From: the human T2T-CHM13v2.0 reference genome, Homo sapiens
Strand: one strand, 5' to 3'
NCBI RefSeq assembly: GCF_009914755.1
Contig: NC_060942.1
DNA: 64,000 nucleotides
Shown piece by piece: positions 1-14,769 of the stretch; the stretch's first letter is position 1; every line of letters starts with the position of its first letter. The notes beneath the pieces are model-generated. The model saw only the letters and a list, made by a program, of their open reading frames with translations. It had not been told where the DNA came from and searched no databases. The position numbers and the translations under genes were made by a program.

Positions 1-101
1 ATAACAACTCACTGCAGCTTCAAATTCCCAGGCTCAAGCAATCCTCCCATCTCAGCCTCCCAAAGTGCTGGGATTACAGGCATGAGCCACTGCACCTGGC
101 C
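1..101 (-). mobile_element. Alu monomer/AluJ-type fragment, cut by window edge
   Basis: Reverse-complement Alu text ctcactgcagc...cccaaagtgctgggattacaggcatgagccac. Confidence 0.85.
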
Positions 102-214
102 TGGGGTATCATTTTCTAAACCCCAACAGTACAACAAGAGTTAGCTTGGCATGTGCAAGCAATGGGAAGAAAAAATACAAATCCATCACTAGGAATGTCA
201 CAAAAGACAGGGAG

Positions 215-720
215 CGAAGAGAAGGCAGGAGCTGATTGTCCATGAGTTCAGTATTTATTCTAGTAGCAGTGGGGAGTTTTTTGAGGGTTTTAAGCAGAAG
301 AGTAACAGGATTTATTTATACTTTCAAAGATTGCCCTGGCTGCTGTATGTGGGCCATAGGGGTGAGTGTACAGCGGGGAGACAGCAGGGCACAGTTGTAG
401 CAGTCAGGGTATGAGGCTACAGTAACTTGGATGAGGGTTATGGCGGTGAAGCTGATGAGGAGTGGCTGAATTCAGGATTTATCTTAGGGGATAGAGCCAA
501 TAGGACTTGCTGATAGGTCGAATGTAGGATATGAGAGGGAAAGAGAACTAAAGATGACTCCTAGGTTTGTAGCCTGCCCAACTGGGGAGCTGGCTGGAGC
601 ATTAGCTAAGATGGGGAAAACTGGGAAAGAAAGAGTTAGGGTGTGGGTATGTGTGGAACGGAAGGAAGATAGAGGGGCAAAGAAGGGCTCAGGATTGTTT
701 TGAATATGGTAAGTCTGAGA
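215..720 (-). mobile_element. LINE L2 fragment
   Basis: Typical antisense L2 text (gagggttttaagcagaagagtaacagg; taggacttgctgatagg; agatgactcctaggttt). Confidence 0.7.
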
Positions 721-724
721 TTCC

Positions 725-1250
725 TGTCTTAGTTTTTGTTCCCAGAGAAAAATTCTGAGATAAGAGTTTGAATGCAAGTTTATTTCGATAGTTTATTGCA
801 TTTATTGTTATGCAAACAATATTGCAATAAACTTGGATCCTTGGAGGCGAGCCAAGGAAACACAGATTGGGTGATGTGGAAGTAAGACAGGGAAGAGAGG
901 GCAGGCAACAAGGGGTGAGTTTATTTAAAAAGACACCAGTGTATATACCAGTGGAGCTTAATACTGCTGGAGAACTCTGGGAAACAGTACAGAGCATGTG
1001 CCTAACAGTGGTTCCCTGGGAAAGGTAAGGAGGCTGGGGTAATTATCAACCACTCCCGTCAGTGCTCTGGGATTAATTGATTCCTTGGGGTGATTGATTC
1101 CTTGGCACTTGTGCCATGTAGGCTGGAGCACAGCAGGCTCTGACAGCCAGAGGACATCCCAGGCAAAGAGGCAGGGGCTGGCAACTGGAAGCCAGGCTGG
1201 TGGGCACTGAGATGGCAAGGGCTGAAGGGATACTGGTGGGCAAGAAGAGT
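725..1250 (-). mobile_element. Ancient ERVL solo LTR, LTR33-like
   Basis: Resembles the remembered LTR33 consensus (tgtcttag...ctgagataagagtttgaatgcaag; ctggggtaattatcaaccactccc; ctggcaactggaagccagg). Confidence 0.65.
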
Positions 1251-2065
1251 TTCATAGTCAAGGCCTGATTAGGACACCAGATAACACAAGGAGAGGGGCT
1301 GGTATTCGGGGAGGTCAAGTGCAAGGGCCAGTATCACAGTTCAGTCTGGAGTCACAAAGAGAAGACAAGCAGTAGGTGAGGCAGCAGTTAGATCAGAATG
1401 ACGCCCATGGACAGAGCTTATGGGCACTGGCACATCTTTTGAAGACCCTGAGTCAATATTAAGAGTGGACATCTCCAGTTCTAGAATCTCAGTGGATTGA
1501 TTGAGATTGGGTGCATCATCCAAGGATGTCAGAGTTGCTTCTGCGGGGAACTTGCCTAAAGACTGATTAGGTGACTTTTCAAGGCTGCCTACAAACCTGA
1601 GCTTCTATGAGTTCCTCTTTTACAAATGCAGAAATCGTGGTGCAAGAAAGATAAGAAAAACCCTTAGACTCTAAAAGTGTGCTGATGCCCCTAGCTAAAG
1701 AACACTGCACACATGAAAGCTCATCGCAGTGACTTTTTCCACAAAGGAGGTGTGAATATTTTATCAATATTCATGAAAAATAATTTTGTAAGGTAAGCAT
1801 GTCAAAATATGTCAAACCCGAAGGTCACATTTTCCAGAATTCTTTTTGTCCCATATTATGTTTCAATGCAGCATCATCTTTCTGTCCAGCATAAGTGCCC
1901 CAGGCAATGGTAATCATTTCATTACTTAATTGAAGTCCTAATTATATTAGGATCTATTGTCAAATGTGGTCCTGTCTTCATTACAACACTTCATTACAAC
2001 AACCATAAGTAAATGGAAGTGTTGGACTTTTCCTGTAAGAATAGTTGAATTTAACTTCTCAATCT

Positions 2066-2386
2066 TGCTCTCTTTCTTTCTTTCTCTCTTTCTTTCTTTT
2101 TTTTGAGATACAGTCTTGCTCTGTCGCCTAGGCTGGGATGCAGTGGCGTTATCTCAGCTCACTGCAACCTCTGCCTCCTGGATTAAAGTGATTCTCCTGC
2201 CTCAGCCTTCTGAGTAGCTGGGACTACAGGCATGTGCCACCACACCTGGCTAATTTTTGTGTTTTTAGTAGAGACGGGGCTTTTCCATGTTGGCCAGGCT
2301 GATCTTGAACTCCTGAGGTCAGGCGATCTGCCCACATTGGCCTCCCAAAGCGTTGGGATTACAGGTGTGAGCCACCGTGCTCGGCC
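2066..2386 (-). mobile_element. AluS (Sx/Sz-like)
   Basis: Full dimer; TSD aacttctcaat at 2053-2063 and 2388-2398. Confidence 0.93.
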
Positions 2387-2647
2387 AAACTTCTCAATGT
2401 TTCATTTCCCACCCCAGCTCATCCTACCTTTCTGAGCTGGTAACCAAATTCAAGGCATGAAGTTTTTTTAACCAAAAAGAGCAAAACCTTTGTAATTTAA
2501 ATATAATCAGCCTCCCATTTGGGAGATACTCTGCAAACATCTTCATGACACTCTGGGACAGCTGCTATTGTCCTCTTGGCTGCAATCCCTACATTAAAAA
2601 TTCATGTTTGTGTCCTTTCTCGGTTGTTTGGCTTAGCTTTACTCTTA

Positions 2648-2960
<313 letters not shown>

Positions 2961-3016
2961 GTGTTTATGATCCTCCCCAAATAGACTCCATCCTTTTATT
3001 TCTCACTGAACTCCCA

Positions 3017-3185
3017 GACAGAGGTTCTTAACCTGAAGCTCATGAGTCCTGTGAATTTATAAAACAGCTCCAAAGACGCCACAGATACCTCGAAATTATA
3101 GAAAATTTGATCTAGCTTTGCATTTGAGCCTCTCCAGGGTAAAAATCTTTCTACAGCTTCTAAAAGGAATAGGTAACCTAAAACC
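3017..3185. mobile_element. hAT-Charlie MITE, MER103-like
   Basis: Starts cagaggttcttaacctg; ends ...acagcttctaaaaggaataggtaacctaaaa, resembling MER103C. Confidence 0.5.
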
Positions 3186-3949
3186 AGGCAAAACAAAACA
3201 AACAAACAAAAAACACCCCAAAACTTTGCTGTTTTAAAATCCCCATTTTAAAAAAAGATTATGTAAAAATAATTTTTCTTTTTTCATTTTGTTTTCATCT
3301 TTAAACCAGCTCTCCAGAGCCTCAGCCAGGCTGCCTCATCATCGAATCATTCTGAAATATCTTCCACAAACCTTCCCCTTGTATTCATACCAAATAGCTC
3401 TCAGCTATACTCCAAACCCATGCAATGAGGTAGAAAATTACTTCCCTCCCCCTCCGATTCTTAAAGTGGTTAATTTTTTTTTCCTGGAATGGACATTATT
3501 AATATTTCAAATTTGTTCTCATTGCTTTATAAACTGTAACCATGGATCCAGCTCTAATAAAGATGTCCCAGTGAGTTAATCATGCTAGGGAACAGAAAAA
3601 CTCAGGGACATTCAGAATCACAGCCAGAAGGGGGCAATCCTTCTCACATCATACCTAAGACTGCAGCTCCTGTCAGGCTGCGTGTTCATGTGTAAGGCAC
3701 CACAGGCCCCGTGGTGCCAGCTCACCAGCTCATCTTGGTGCCAGCTCACCAGGTCACGTGCTGACTTTACCAGTACATGTATGCTAATTAGTTATCATCC
3801 AATTGTTTGCCTTCCTAAAGGAATGAGGGCATCATCTCCTAGAATTTGTCTTCTAAGCTCTTCTCTTGACCCCGGAAAGAAATAGTGGACTTCATTGTTT
3901 TAGGGTGTTTCATTTTTGGAACACGAATTGCAGATGGGTTCGTGGTTGG

Positions 3950-4680
3950 CCGAGAGGAGCCAGGCCGAGAAGTTTGGCTATTTTGTCAAAGGCAATGAGA
4001 AGCCACTGAAGGTTTTAAGCAGAAAAGAATTACAGATTTGCATTTGAGAAGTATCAGTTTGGAGAATAAATTAGGGAGGCGTAAGATTTGGAGGCACAGA
4101 AGCCAGGTGGAAGGCTGTTTTTCAGGCTAGAAAAGTGGTAGTCTGTTGTAGGTTATATGCAATAGATTTGGAGAGAATGGGTTAGATGCAGGGATGTTTA
4201 TGAAATGGGAATTGACTGGCTTACTCTGGAGGGGATGGGAAGGGAGGCAGAAAGGAGTCACAGATGACATCTTTATTTGTAGATTGGGTTGGAGTAGATG
4301 GTGGTGTCAATTAATGAGATAGGAAACCTAGAGAAGGAGTAGTTTATTTATGGGGGAAAAAAGATATGAGGAATTGAACTTGGGACATGCTGATCTGGAG
4401 GTGCCTACAAACCATTCAAGAAAAAGTGTCCTACAGACAATTGGAGATGCAAAGCTTGGAGCTAGGGGAGAGGTCTGGGCTAGAAACACAGGCCCATTCC
4501 CTCCATGGAGATGGTAACTGACACCATGAGAGTGAAGATTACCCAGGGGTAGGGATGATGAAGACAGAACAGGGTCCGGGAGGGAACGCTGAGGAAGACC
4601 AATATGAAGACATGGATGAACAAAGAGGGGACTAGAAAGAAGTCAGCAGGGGGACTGGAAAGAAGTCAGTAGAAAGATGT
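3950..4680 (-). mobile_element. LINE L2 fragment
   Basis: ggcaatgagaagccactgaaggttttaagcag; ttgggacatgctgatctggaggtgcct; ggagaggtctgggctaga. Confidence 0.75.
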
Positions 4681-4689
4681 GTTATCACA

Positions 4690-5346
4690 CAGGTGAGCCT
4701 TGAGGACATTACACTAAGTGAAAAGCCAGTCACAAAAGGACAAATACTGTATAAGTCCACTCATAGGAGACATCTAGAATAGTCAAACTCACAGAAAGTA
4801 GACACCAGTTGCGGTGGCTCATGCCTGTAATCCCAGCACTTTGGGAGATCAAGGTTGAGAATCACTTGAGGCCAAGAGTTCAAGACCAGCCTAGGCAACA
4901 TAGTGAGACCCCCATCTCTGCCAAAAAAAAAAAACTAAAAACCTTAGCCAGGTGTAGTAGTGCATGCCTGTAGTCTCAGCTACTCAGGAAGCTGAGGCAG
5001 AAGGATTGCTTGAGGCAGGAGGATTGTTCGAGGTTGCAGTGAGCTGTGATCACACCACTGCACTTCAGCATGAGCAACAGAGGGAGACCCAGTCTTGGAA
5101 AAAAGAAACAGAAAGTAGAATGGTGGCTGCCAGAGGCAGGGGGCAGCAGGGAATGGGGAATTGTGGTTTAACAGGTATTGAGTTTCAATTTTGCAAGATA
5201 AAAAGAGTTCTGGAGACACATGGTGGTGATGGGTTATGGCCACACAGCAGTGGGGATGTACGGAATGCCACTGGTCTGTGCACTTAAAGATGGTTATGAT
5301 AATAAGTTTTATGTTTTGTGTATTTTACAACCTTTTAAAAATAAAA
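4690..5346 (+). mobile_element. L1MB-type 3' end, interrupted by AluJ
   Basis: ccttgaggacattacactaagtgaaa..agccagtcacaaaaggacaaatactgtat; ends cacttaaagatggtt...tgtgtattttacaac plus an A-rich tail. Confidence 0.85.
4803..5106 (+). mobile_element. AluJ inserted in L1MB
   Basis: Dimer; TSD acagaaagtaga on both sides. Confidence 0.9.
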
Positions 5347-5845
5347 AGTGTGTGCTATTGTGGGAGCCAAGATAACAGAGCATTTGGGGGGATGCAGTGT
5401 AGTCAGGAAGCATGCCAAAAGCCAAGTATGATTAGAACTAAAACATGTTTATTTATTAATACTTTACCAACGTGGTGACCACTAATGTTCTTTTTAAAAG
5501 TAGTTTTCTAGGCATGGGGGGCACAGAAGTCAGGTTTCTATGGATTAAAGACTAGAGGGTTTCCAGTCAAGTTGGCCTTGGAAGTTCAGGTCCTCCTCTT
5601 TGCTGCAATATAACAAAACATAAAAACATATAAAAACACATGAAAATATAAAAACAAAACAAAAATATAAAAATAGGCCAGTATAAATAGCACATACACA
5701 CTTGCTGCAATAAAGCCAAGCTACAAAGGGTTTCCTGACTGCTCTTAAATATTCTCAACAGCATTATGGGGCAGTATTTCCTTGTCCTCAATACAAGACC
5801 TGGGCCTGTGGTGAAGTCAACTGTGAAAGGGGAGTGAGGGGAAAT

Positions 5846-5861
5846 GAGAGAGGGAGAGGGA

Positions 5862-5898
<37 letters not shown>
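5846..5898. repeat. (GA)n / polypurine microsatellite
   Basis: gagagagggagagggg...(ga)n. Confidence 0.9.
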
Positions 5899-5899
<1 letters not shown>

Positions 5900-6089
5900 A
5901 ATAAGCCAAAATTCTAAAACATACAAAAACAATTAAGAAAGGCATCCAACAAAATCAACAGTCAAAAGATAAATTCATTCTACATGATTGCAGTAATAAA
6001 ATATTAAACTATTTAATATATATATATATTTAAGATCTACAGAGTAATAAATGAAGAACTTACATACCTAATAGAAATTTTATCAGGCA

Positions 6090-6560
6090 ATAAAGGGAAT
6101 AATGAAGAGAATTGTGAAAAGAAATAACAAGAAATATTTGAGGAGAAGATGGCTGAGAATGTTCCATCACCACAAATATGTCCTTAGATCAAAAGTATTC
6201 TCCCCATGCCAGAAGGTTAAATAAAAATAAAACCACACCTAGAAATAACATAATGAAACAGCTGAATAAAAATTCCAGAGAGAAAATCTTAGAAGCTACC
6301 AGAGAGAAATAGCAGTCAGATTAGCTAAAAGGGAATAGGAATTAAACAGCCCCATATATTTCTCATCAGCAATAACAGAAGCTAGAAGACCATGAGGTGG
6401 TATCTTCACAGTGTTGAGGGTAATATAAATGATTTTTCAAGTTATTATTCAAGAAGGAAGACAAAACTAAGACAGCAGGAATGCACCAGCCACCAATATT
6501 CCCTATTAAAGGAGACACGTCAGCAGAGAATAATGTGAACCCAAAACAACAGTGTGGGAC
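6090..6560 (+). mobile_element. Old L1M/HAL1 ORF1-region fragment
   Basis: gaaatatttgaggagaagatggctgagaatgttcca; ccacacctaga; gagaaaatcttagaagctaccagagag; tctcatcagcaataacagaagctagaagac. Confidence 0.7.
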
Positions 6561-6659
6561 ACAACACACAATTGTGTAGACAGACATCAATAAAATAGTT
6601 CAGAAAATCATTGTTTTAAAAATTATCTTTCAGGTTTTAAAAAGGTGGAATTAAAACTC

Positions 6660-7480
6660 TAGAAACAATTACAAATATGTATGAGAAGGTTCACAGCAGT
6701 TTTATTCATAGTGGCTAAAACCCAGAAACAAGACAGGTGTAATATTAATAGGTGAATGGAAAAATAACTTGTGATATATTCATACAATAAAATATTACTT
6801 AGCAAAAAGTACACAAAAAGACTGATAGGTGAATTAATATGAACAAATTTTGCAGAAATGCTGAATGAAAAAGCCAGACCCAAAAGTGCACATCAATACT
6901 CCATTATTTCATTTATACAAAGTTCAAGAACAGACAAAATGAATTCATGGTGTCAACACAGGGGTTATACTTAGAAGGGAAATATTTGTTGGGATGGATT
7001 ACAGGAAGTCTGTGGAGTAATGTAAATGTTGTATATCCTGGATTACAGGAAATCTGTGGAATAATGTAAATGTTGTATATCCTTTTATTTTTATTTTATT
7101 TTTTTCTTTTTGGGAGACAGGGTCTCATTTAGGATGGAGAGCAGTGGCACGATCACAGCTTACTGCAACCTCGATCTCCTGAGTTCAAGCGACTCTCTGG
7201 CTTCAGCCTCCCAAGTAGTTGGGACTACAGGCATGCACCACATCATCTGGCTAATTATTATTATTTTTAAATTTTTTGTAGAGACAGGGTCTTGCTATGT
7301 TGCCCAGGCTGGCTTCAAACTCTTGGACTCAAGTGATCCTCCCACTTTGGCCTTCCAACTTGCTGGGATTACAGGCGTGCCCAGCCTATACCTTGATTTT
7401 TACAATTCATTGAGCTATATGCTGAATATTTATGCGCTTTATTTTATGTAAATTGTAGCTGACTTTTTAAAAAACCTGCC
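6660..7480 (+). mobile_element. L1ME-type 3' region, interrupted by AluJ
   Basis: gttcacagcagttttattcatagtggctaaaa; atgctgaatgaaaaagccagaccc; aaatgttgtatatcc. Confidence 0.7.
7083..7386 (-). mobile_element. AluJ
   Basis: Reverse-complement dimer with poly-T head. Confidence 0.9.
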
Positions 7481-8020
7481 AGCATTATAAAAATTGTGGG
7501 AGAAATAATGGGTACAGTCAGTAAAAGTTGTACAATTGATCATTTTAAACTCATGATCCCTAATAACCAAATAGTGGGAAGTAATTATAATGAAAGAGAT
7601 GATGTAAGGAGCAGAAGAAAATGCAAACAAACAAATAAAACAAACCTTTCACTTTCATTCATATCTTCAGAAGATAAGAAAGGATGTTGTGTATATGAAG
7701 CAAGGTCAGGGACGCTAAACATAAGGAACATTTTGAAAACAACAAAAAAAGAATTGTTAGAAATTAAAAATATAATTTTAAAAACTTCAAGCAAAGTATT
7801 GGAGAATAAAATAAAAGTCATTTCCTGGAAATCAGAAAAAAAAGGACAAAGACAAAAATAGGGAAAAATGTAACAAAATTAGAGGATCCATTTAAGAGAT
7901 CTAACATCTGAATTAGGCATTCTTAACCTGGGGTCCCCAGACTCCTAAAAGGTCTGTGGAATGAGTTCGTTCATAAACCCATATGGTAAAATAATACATC
8001 TTTATTTTCCCTAACCTCTA

Positions 8021-8357
<337 letters not shown>

Positions 8358-8360
8358 GTA

Positions 8361-8665
8361 AGCTGGGCGCGGTGGGTCATGCGTGTAATCCCAGCACATT
8401 GGGAGGCCAAGGTGTGTAGATCACTTGAGGTCAGAAGTTTGAAACCAGCCTGGCCAACGTGGTGAAACCCCATCTCTACTAAAAATAAGCCAGGTTTGGT
8501 GGCATATGCCAGTAATCCCAGCTACTTGGGAGACTGAGGCAGAAGAATCACTTGAACCCGGGGCAGGGGAGGTTGCAGTGAACCGAGATCTCACCATTGC
8601 ACTCCAGCCTAGGCGACAGAATGAGACTCCATCTTAAAAAACAAAAACAAACAAACAAACAAAAC
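8361..8665 (+). mobile_element. AluS inserted in the tail of the preceding Alu
   Basis: Dimer with (CAAA)n tail. Confidence 0.9.
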
Positions 8666-9423
8666 AGTAAGTAAATATGTAAGCAACAAAGCACAACTTT
8701 ACTGCAACTTTGTCACCAATAGAAATCATAGGTATTTTACAATCCTATTGCGGTTGTTACAGATATCTTAAAATTAGTTTGCATTCAACTTTATTTAAAA
8801 ATGGTAGTTTATTAAATTTGCTATTGTCTTATTATTTAAAAACATATATAACTCTATAATGAATTTATTTCTTTTTTATTTTTATTTTTAAAAATTTATT
8901 TCTTAATGTTGTGTCAACTGTACCTCAAAAGAAAGTGTTTGTCTTTGTAATCCTATGCATTTTATTTTGTGCATCTAAGAATATTATTGTGAGAAGGGGC
9001 TCATGATACAAAAACAAGAGTATTTGATCTGAAAAATATAAGTTCCAGAAGGAAAGTAAGCTATCAGAGACAACTAATTTAAAAAATGGAAGAAGAAAAA
9101 TATTTTTAGACTGAAGAATATGAATTTCCAGATTGAATGGGGCTGCCCTGTGCTCAGCACAATAAATGAGAAAGATCCACTTCAAGAGCTAGAATAGTGA
9201 ACTTGCAGTACCTGTGTGATCAAGTAAAGACCCCAGAAATCTTCCAAAGAGGAAACAAAGTGATATATAAAGCACTGGGAAACATGAGGCCATCAGACTT
9301 CTCCTCAGCAGTACTGGAAGTCAGAAGACAATGAAGCAAAGCCTCTGAAATTCTAAAGGAAATCATTCCCAATTCAGAATTTTATATGCAGCCAAATTAT
9401 CTATCTTAATTGATAGTGAGTGT

Positions 9424-9825
9424 TGTTAACAGAAAAACTTCAGCAGAATAAAATTTAAAAGAGTTTAATTGAGCAAAGAACAATTCGCAAATTGGGCAGC
9501 CTCCGGAGCCAGGGTGGGCTCAGAGACTCCAGCACAGCCACGTAGTGGAAGAGGATTTATAGACAGAAAAAAGGAAAGTGAATTACAGAAAACGGAAGTG
9601 AGGTACAGAAACAGCCAAGCTGGTTACAGCTCTATGTTTGTCTTACTTGAACACAGTTTGAATAGTTGGCCACAGTTGATTGGCCAAAACTCAGTGATTG
9701 GCACAAGAGTAGATTACAGTCTGTTTATACTTACAGTTAGGCTATAGATCACCACGTATGGAGAAACCTTTAGGCTGAATTTAAAATACGTAAGAAGGCA
9801 GTTTTAGTCTAAACTTGATTTAACA
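9424..9825 (-). mobile_element. ERV1 solo LTR, MER57A/B-like
   Basis: TG...CA termini; the reverse complement starts tgttaaatcaagtttagactaaaactgcc, as in MER57; near 4-bp TSD gtgt/ctgt. Confidence 0.85.
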
Positions 9826-10128
9826 CTGTAGAATAAAAAAATTTCAGATAATCCAGGAGTCAGGAAATATGTCTCTTGTGAAAACATTGAAGCTTCTGCC
9901 CCAGCAAAATGAAAGAAGAAATCACCAAAGTGCAGACATGGGATTCAGCAAATGGGTAATCCAACATGGGGAAGAAGAGAAACAAATTCCCGGGGTTATG
10001 GTGAAGGTTTGTCCCAGATCAACATCTCTACAGCAGACCTAGAGCGCAGGCAAGAGGATGGAGGATGTGTACAAAACAAATGCAAATGATCATTTATTTG
10101 ATGTGTTTCAACATATTGGGAGATTTCA

Positions 10129-10496
<368 letters not shown>

Positions 10497-10610
10497 TGAG
10501 AAAAAATTGAAAGTTGTAGTTTTAAAAATAATTTAGAAATATGGAGGTTAAATACCCAAAGAAAAAGCTAGAAGAGTGATTGATTATTACCTTTGGGAGA
10601 ATGGAATAGA

Positions 10611-10816
10611 ACAAGATTTCTCAACTTTGCTGCTATCAATATTTTAAAGTGGATAAATCTTTGTAGTGGGGGGGCTGTCCTATCTTTGGCCTCTGTCAAT
10701 TATATGGCAGTATGTCCCCTACTCCCAGTCGTGACAATCAAAAATGTCTCCAGACATTACAAATGTCCGGGCAGGGGATTGGGGAAGGCAAAATCACCCC
10801 TGGTTGAGAACTATTA
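10611..10816. mobile_element. MER20 (hAT-Charlie)
   Basis: gtgacaatcaaaaatgtctccagacattacaaatgtcc...ggcaaaatcacccctggttgagaac. Confidence 0.85.
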
Positions 10817-11525
10817 GAAAAGGAGATAAGGAAGAGGAGTGTTTTGGTTATAAGCCTACTTGATTCTTTAAGTTATGTTCATGTACCACTGTGATAAAAC
10901 TAAAAATTAAATTTAAAGTTAATAGGATTCACAGAGATTAATGGTAATTGATTAGAAAATATAATTTTAAGATAATGCTGTTGACAATAGCAACAAAACT
11001 GTAAGGTACCTCGGAATAAATCTCAAACAAAAATGAACAAGACCATAATGAAAAGAATTATGCCCATCATTAACTGAAACAAGAAAGCCTGAATCAGTGA
11101 AGATGTGGTTTGTTCATGTATGAGACAACAGAACTTCATAAAGAAGGATACTCTTCCAAACTCAATTGTATATTAAATTGAGTTCTAATAATAATTTCCA
11201 CAGGATTTTTGCTGGATTTGACAAGCCAAATTTAAAAATTCATAAGAAAGAGAAAAGCGTCAGGAATATAGAACTAATGAAAGAGAATAGAGAGATGATT
11301 TCACTCATATGGGGAACTTGGTCAGCAGCAGAGATGGAATTACAAATCCTTAGAGAACGGATGGCCTGTTCAATAAATGGCCTGGGAGAATCAGCTATCC
11401 ATATGAAAAAGTAAAGTGGGGTCCCTATCACATACAGAAATCAATTCCAGCTATATTAAAAGCCTAAATCTGAAAAGCAAACTGTAGATAAAGATACAGG
11501 AGAATACCTTAAGAGACAAAAACAC

Positions 11526-11723
11526 CCAGCCTGGCCAACATGGTGGAACCCCATGTCTACTAAAAATACAAAAATTAGCTGGGCAAGGTGGCACATGCCT
11601 GTAGTCCCAGATACTCAGGAGGCTGAGGCACGAGAATCGCTTGAACCCAGGAGGCTAAGGTTGTGGTGAGCTGAGATCGCACCACCGCACTCCAGCCTGG
11701 GTGACAGAGTGAGACTCAGTCTC

Positions 11724-11754
<31 letters not shown>

Positions 11755-11760
11755 AAGAAA
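11526..11760 (+). mobile_element. 5'-truncated AluS
   Basis: Begins mid left arm (ccagcctggccaac); TSD about aga(g/a)acaaaaacac. Confidence 0.88.
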
Positions 11761-11777
11761 CAAAAACACAAATTTTA

Positions 11778-12172
<395 letters not shown>

Positions 12173-12585
12173 AGAAAAGACAAGGTGCTCTGAAAGAAGA
12201 CACCTGAATGCACAGAAGTGACACAGGGTTAGTATTCAGGGTATTTAAGAACTTTTACCCATCAATAAGATAAGGATAAACTTAATTGAAAAGAAGGTAA
12301 AGGAGTAAGCAAGTAATTCTAAAAAGGGGAAATGTACGTAGTCAGTAAGCATAAGGAATGGTGCTTATTCTCATTGGTCAACAGGAAAAAGCAAATTAAA
12401 ATACCAATAATCTACCATTTCATACTTATCAGAGCCTTGATTTTGTTCTGATATTAATTATCTCCCCTAGTCTCAGATAAATCATGGTTCTGGGAAAGAT
12501 TTTCTCATGCTAAAAAAAAAAAAAGATATCTAGGCTGGGGTTTCATGCTAAAAAAACATGAATAAATAAATAAATAAGATATCCA

Positions 12586-12899
<314 letters not shown>

Positions 12900-12903
12900 C
12901 TAG

Positions 12904-13286
12904 TGATATGGTATGGCTCTGTGTTCCTGCCCAAATCTCATGTCAAATTGTGTTCCCCAGTGTTGGAGGTGGGGCCTGGTGGGAGGTGACTGGATCATGG
13001 GGGCAGATTTCCCCCTTGCTGTTCTCGTGAGAGTGAGTGAGTTCTCACAAGATCTGGTTGTTTAAAAGTGTGTAGCACCTCCTTGCTTTCTCTTTCCCTC
13101 CTGCTCCAGCTGTGTAGGATGTGCCAGCTTCCCCTCAACTTCCGAAATGATTGTAAGTTTCCTGAGGCCTCCCCAGTCATGCTTCCTGGTGGGCCTGTGG
13201 AATCATGAGCCAATTAAACCTCTTTTCTCCAAAAATTGTCCAGTCTCAGGTATTTCTGTATAGCAGTGCAAGAGCAAACTAATACG
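12904..13286 (+). mobile_element. ERVL-MaLR solo LTR, MSTA-like
   Basis: tgatatggt..ggctctgtg...cccaaatctcatg; ccaattaaacctcttt; ends ctaatacg. Confidence 0.9.
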
Positions 13287-13324
13287 TACAGGGATGTAAC
13301 AGTTTTATATATGTTCAGGTCTCA

Positions 13325-13939
<615 letters not shown>

Positions 13940-13999
13940 CCCTAAATCAACATTTCTAATACCACACGTCAACGTTTAAATCATCCTAAGTGTCCCTGA

Positions 14000-14105
14000 T
14001 GCTACACTGTGAACTGCTCAAGATAAGGAAAGTACCTTGTTCATCATTATTCTCTGCACTTCACACGGTGCTCAGCAGATGCTAAAAAATTATTTACTGA
14101 ATAAA
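14000..14105 (+). mobile_element. L2 3' end
   Basis: ctgtgaactgctcaag...ttgttcatc...gatgctaaaaaattatttactgaataaa. Confidence 0.55.
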
Positions 14106-14769
14106 GGAGAGAATGCTCAGACTGGCTCTAGAAAATATTGTAAAGTAAGTGAATTTTCTTGGTATTTCTTTCTTGGTCCCCTCTTCTCCTTCATCACTCC
14201 ACACCCACATCCTCCCACCACAACCACAAGGGCCCCGCAAATTCTTCTCATGCAAAATGACAAGAGAAAAAAATCTTCCTTCTTTCTCTATGCCCCTTAT
14301 TAAAAACACACCTCTTTTATTCCCATTCCCTTAGCCCCATTCATTGCAAAGTTAATATTGCTAATTTAATTACACCAAAATTAATTTCTTAGATTCCCTG
14401 TGAGATCACATTTCCATTTTTACAGCTACCTGCAAAACCCCTCAACCAAACAAGAAGCCCATGATGGGCAGATGGAGCTCAATGGCAAAGTGAGTGGGTG
14501 AGATGTTGAGGGGTTTCAGGGTCTTCTTCTAGCACCTCCTAGCATCCACCATAGAGGCAATCTTGCCTCTCACTGGCCGCCTTCCTATAGAACCCATCCC
14601 AGCTGAAGCTCATGAACCAGGGAGTGACACAGGCATCTCCACCAGATCCAGGTGGAGGAGGGAGTAGGCAGCACTCACACTGCACCCGGGGGTGGAACAG
14701 TAGTGTGTGAAGAGAGGAACATGAAATTCATTATTCACCGGAACTGGGCCAGCATTTGAACTGTGGCTA

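Noticed and set aside
4628-4675. 24-bp tandem repeat gggact(a/g)gaaagaagtcag
   Set aside because: Ordinary slippage duplication within L2, with only two copies
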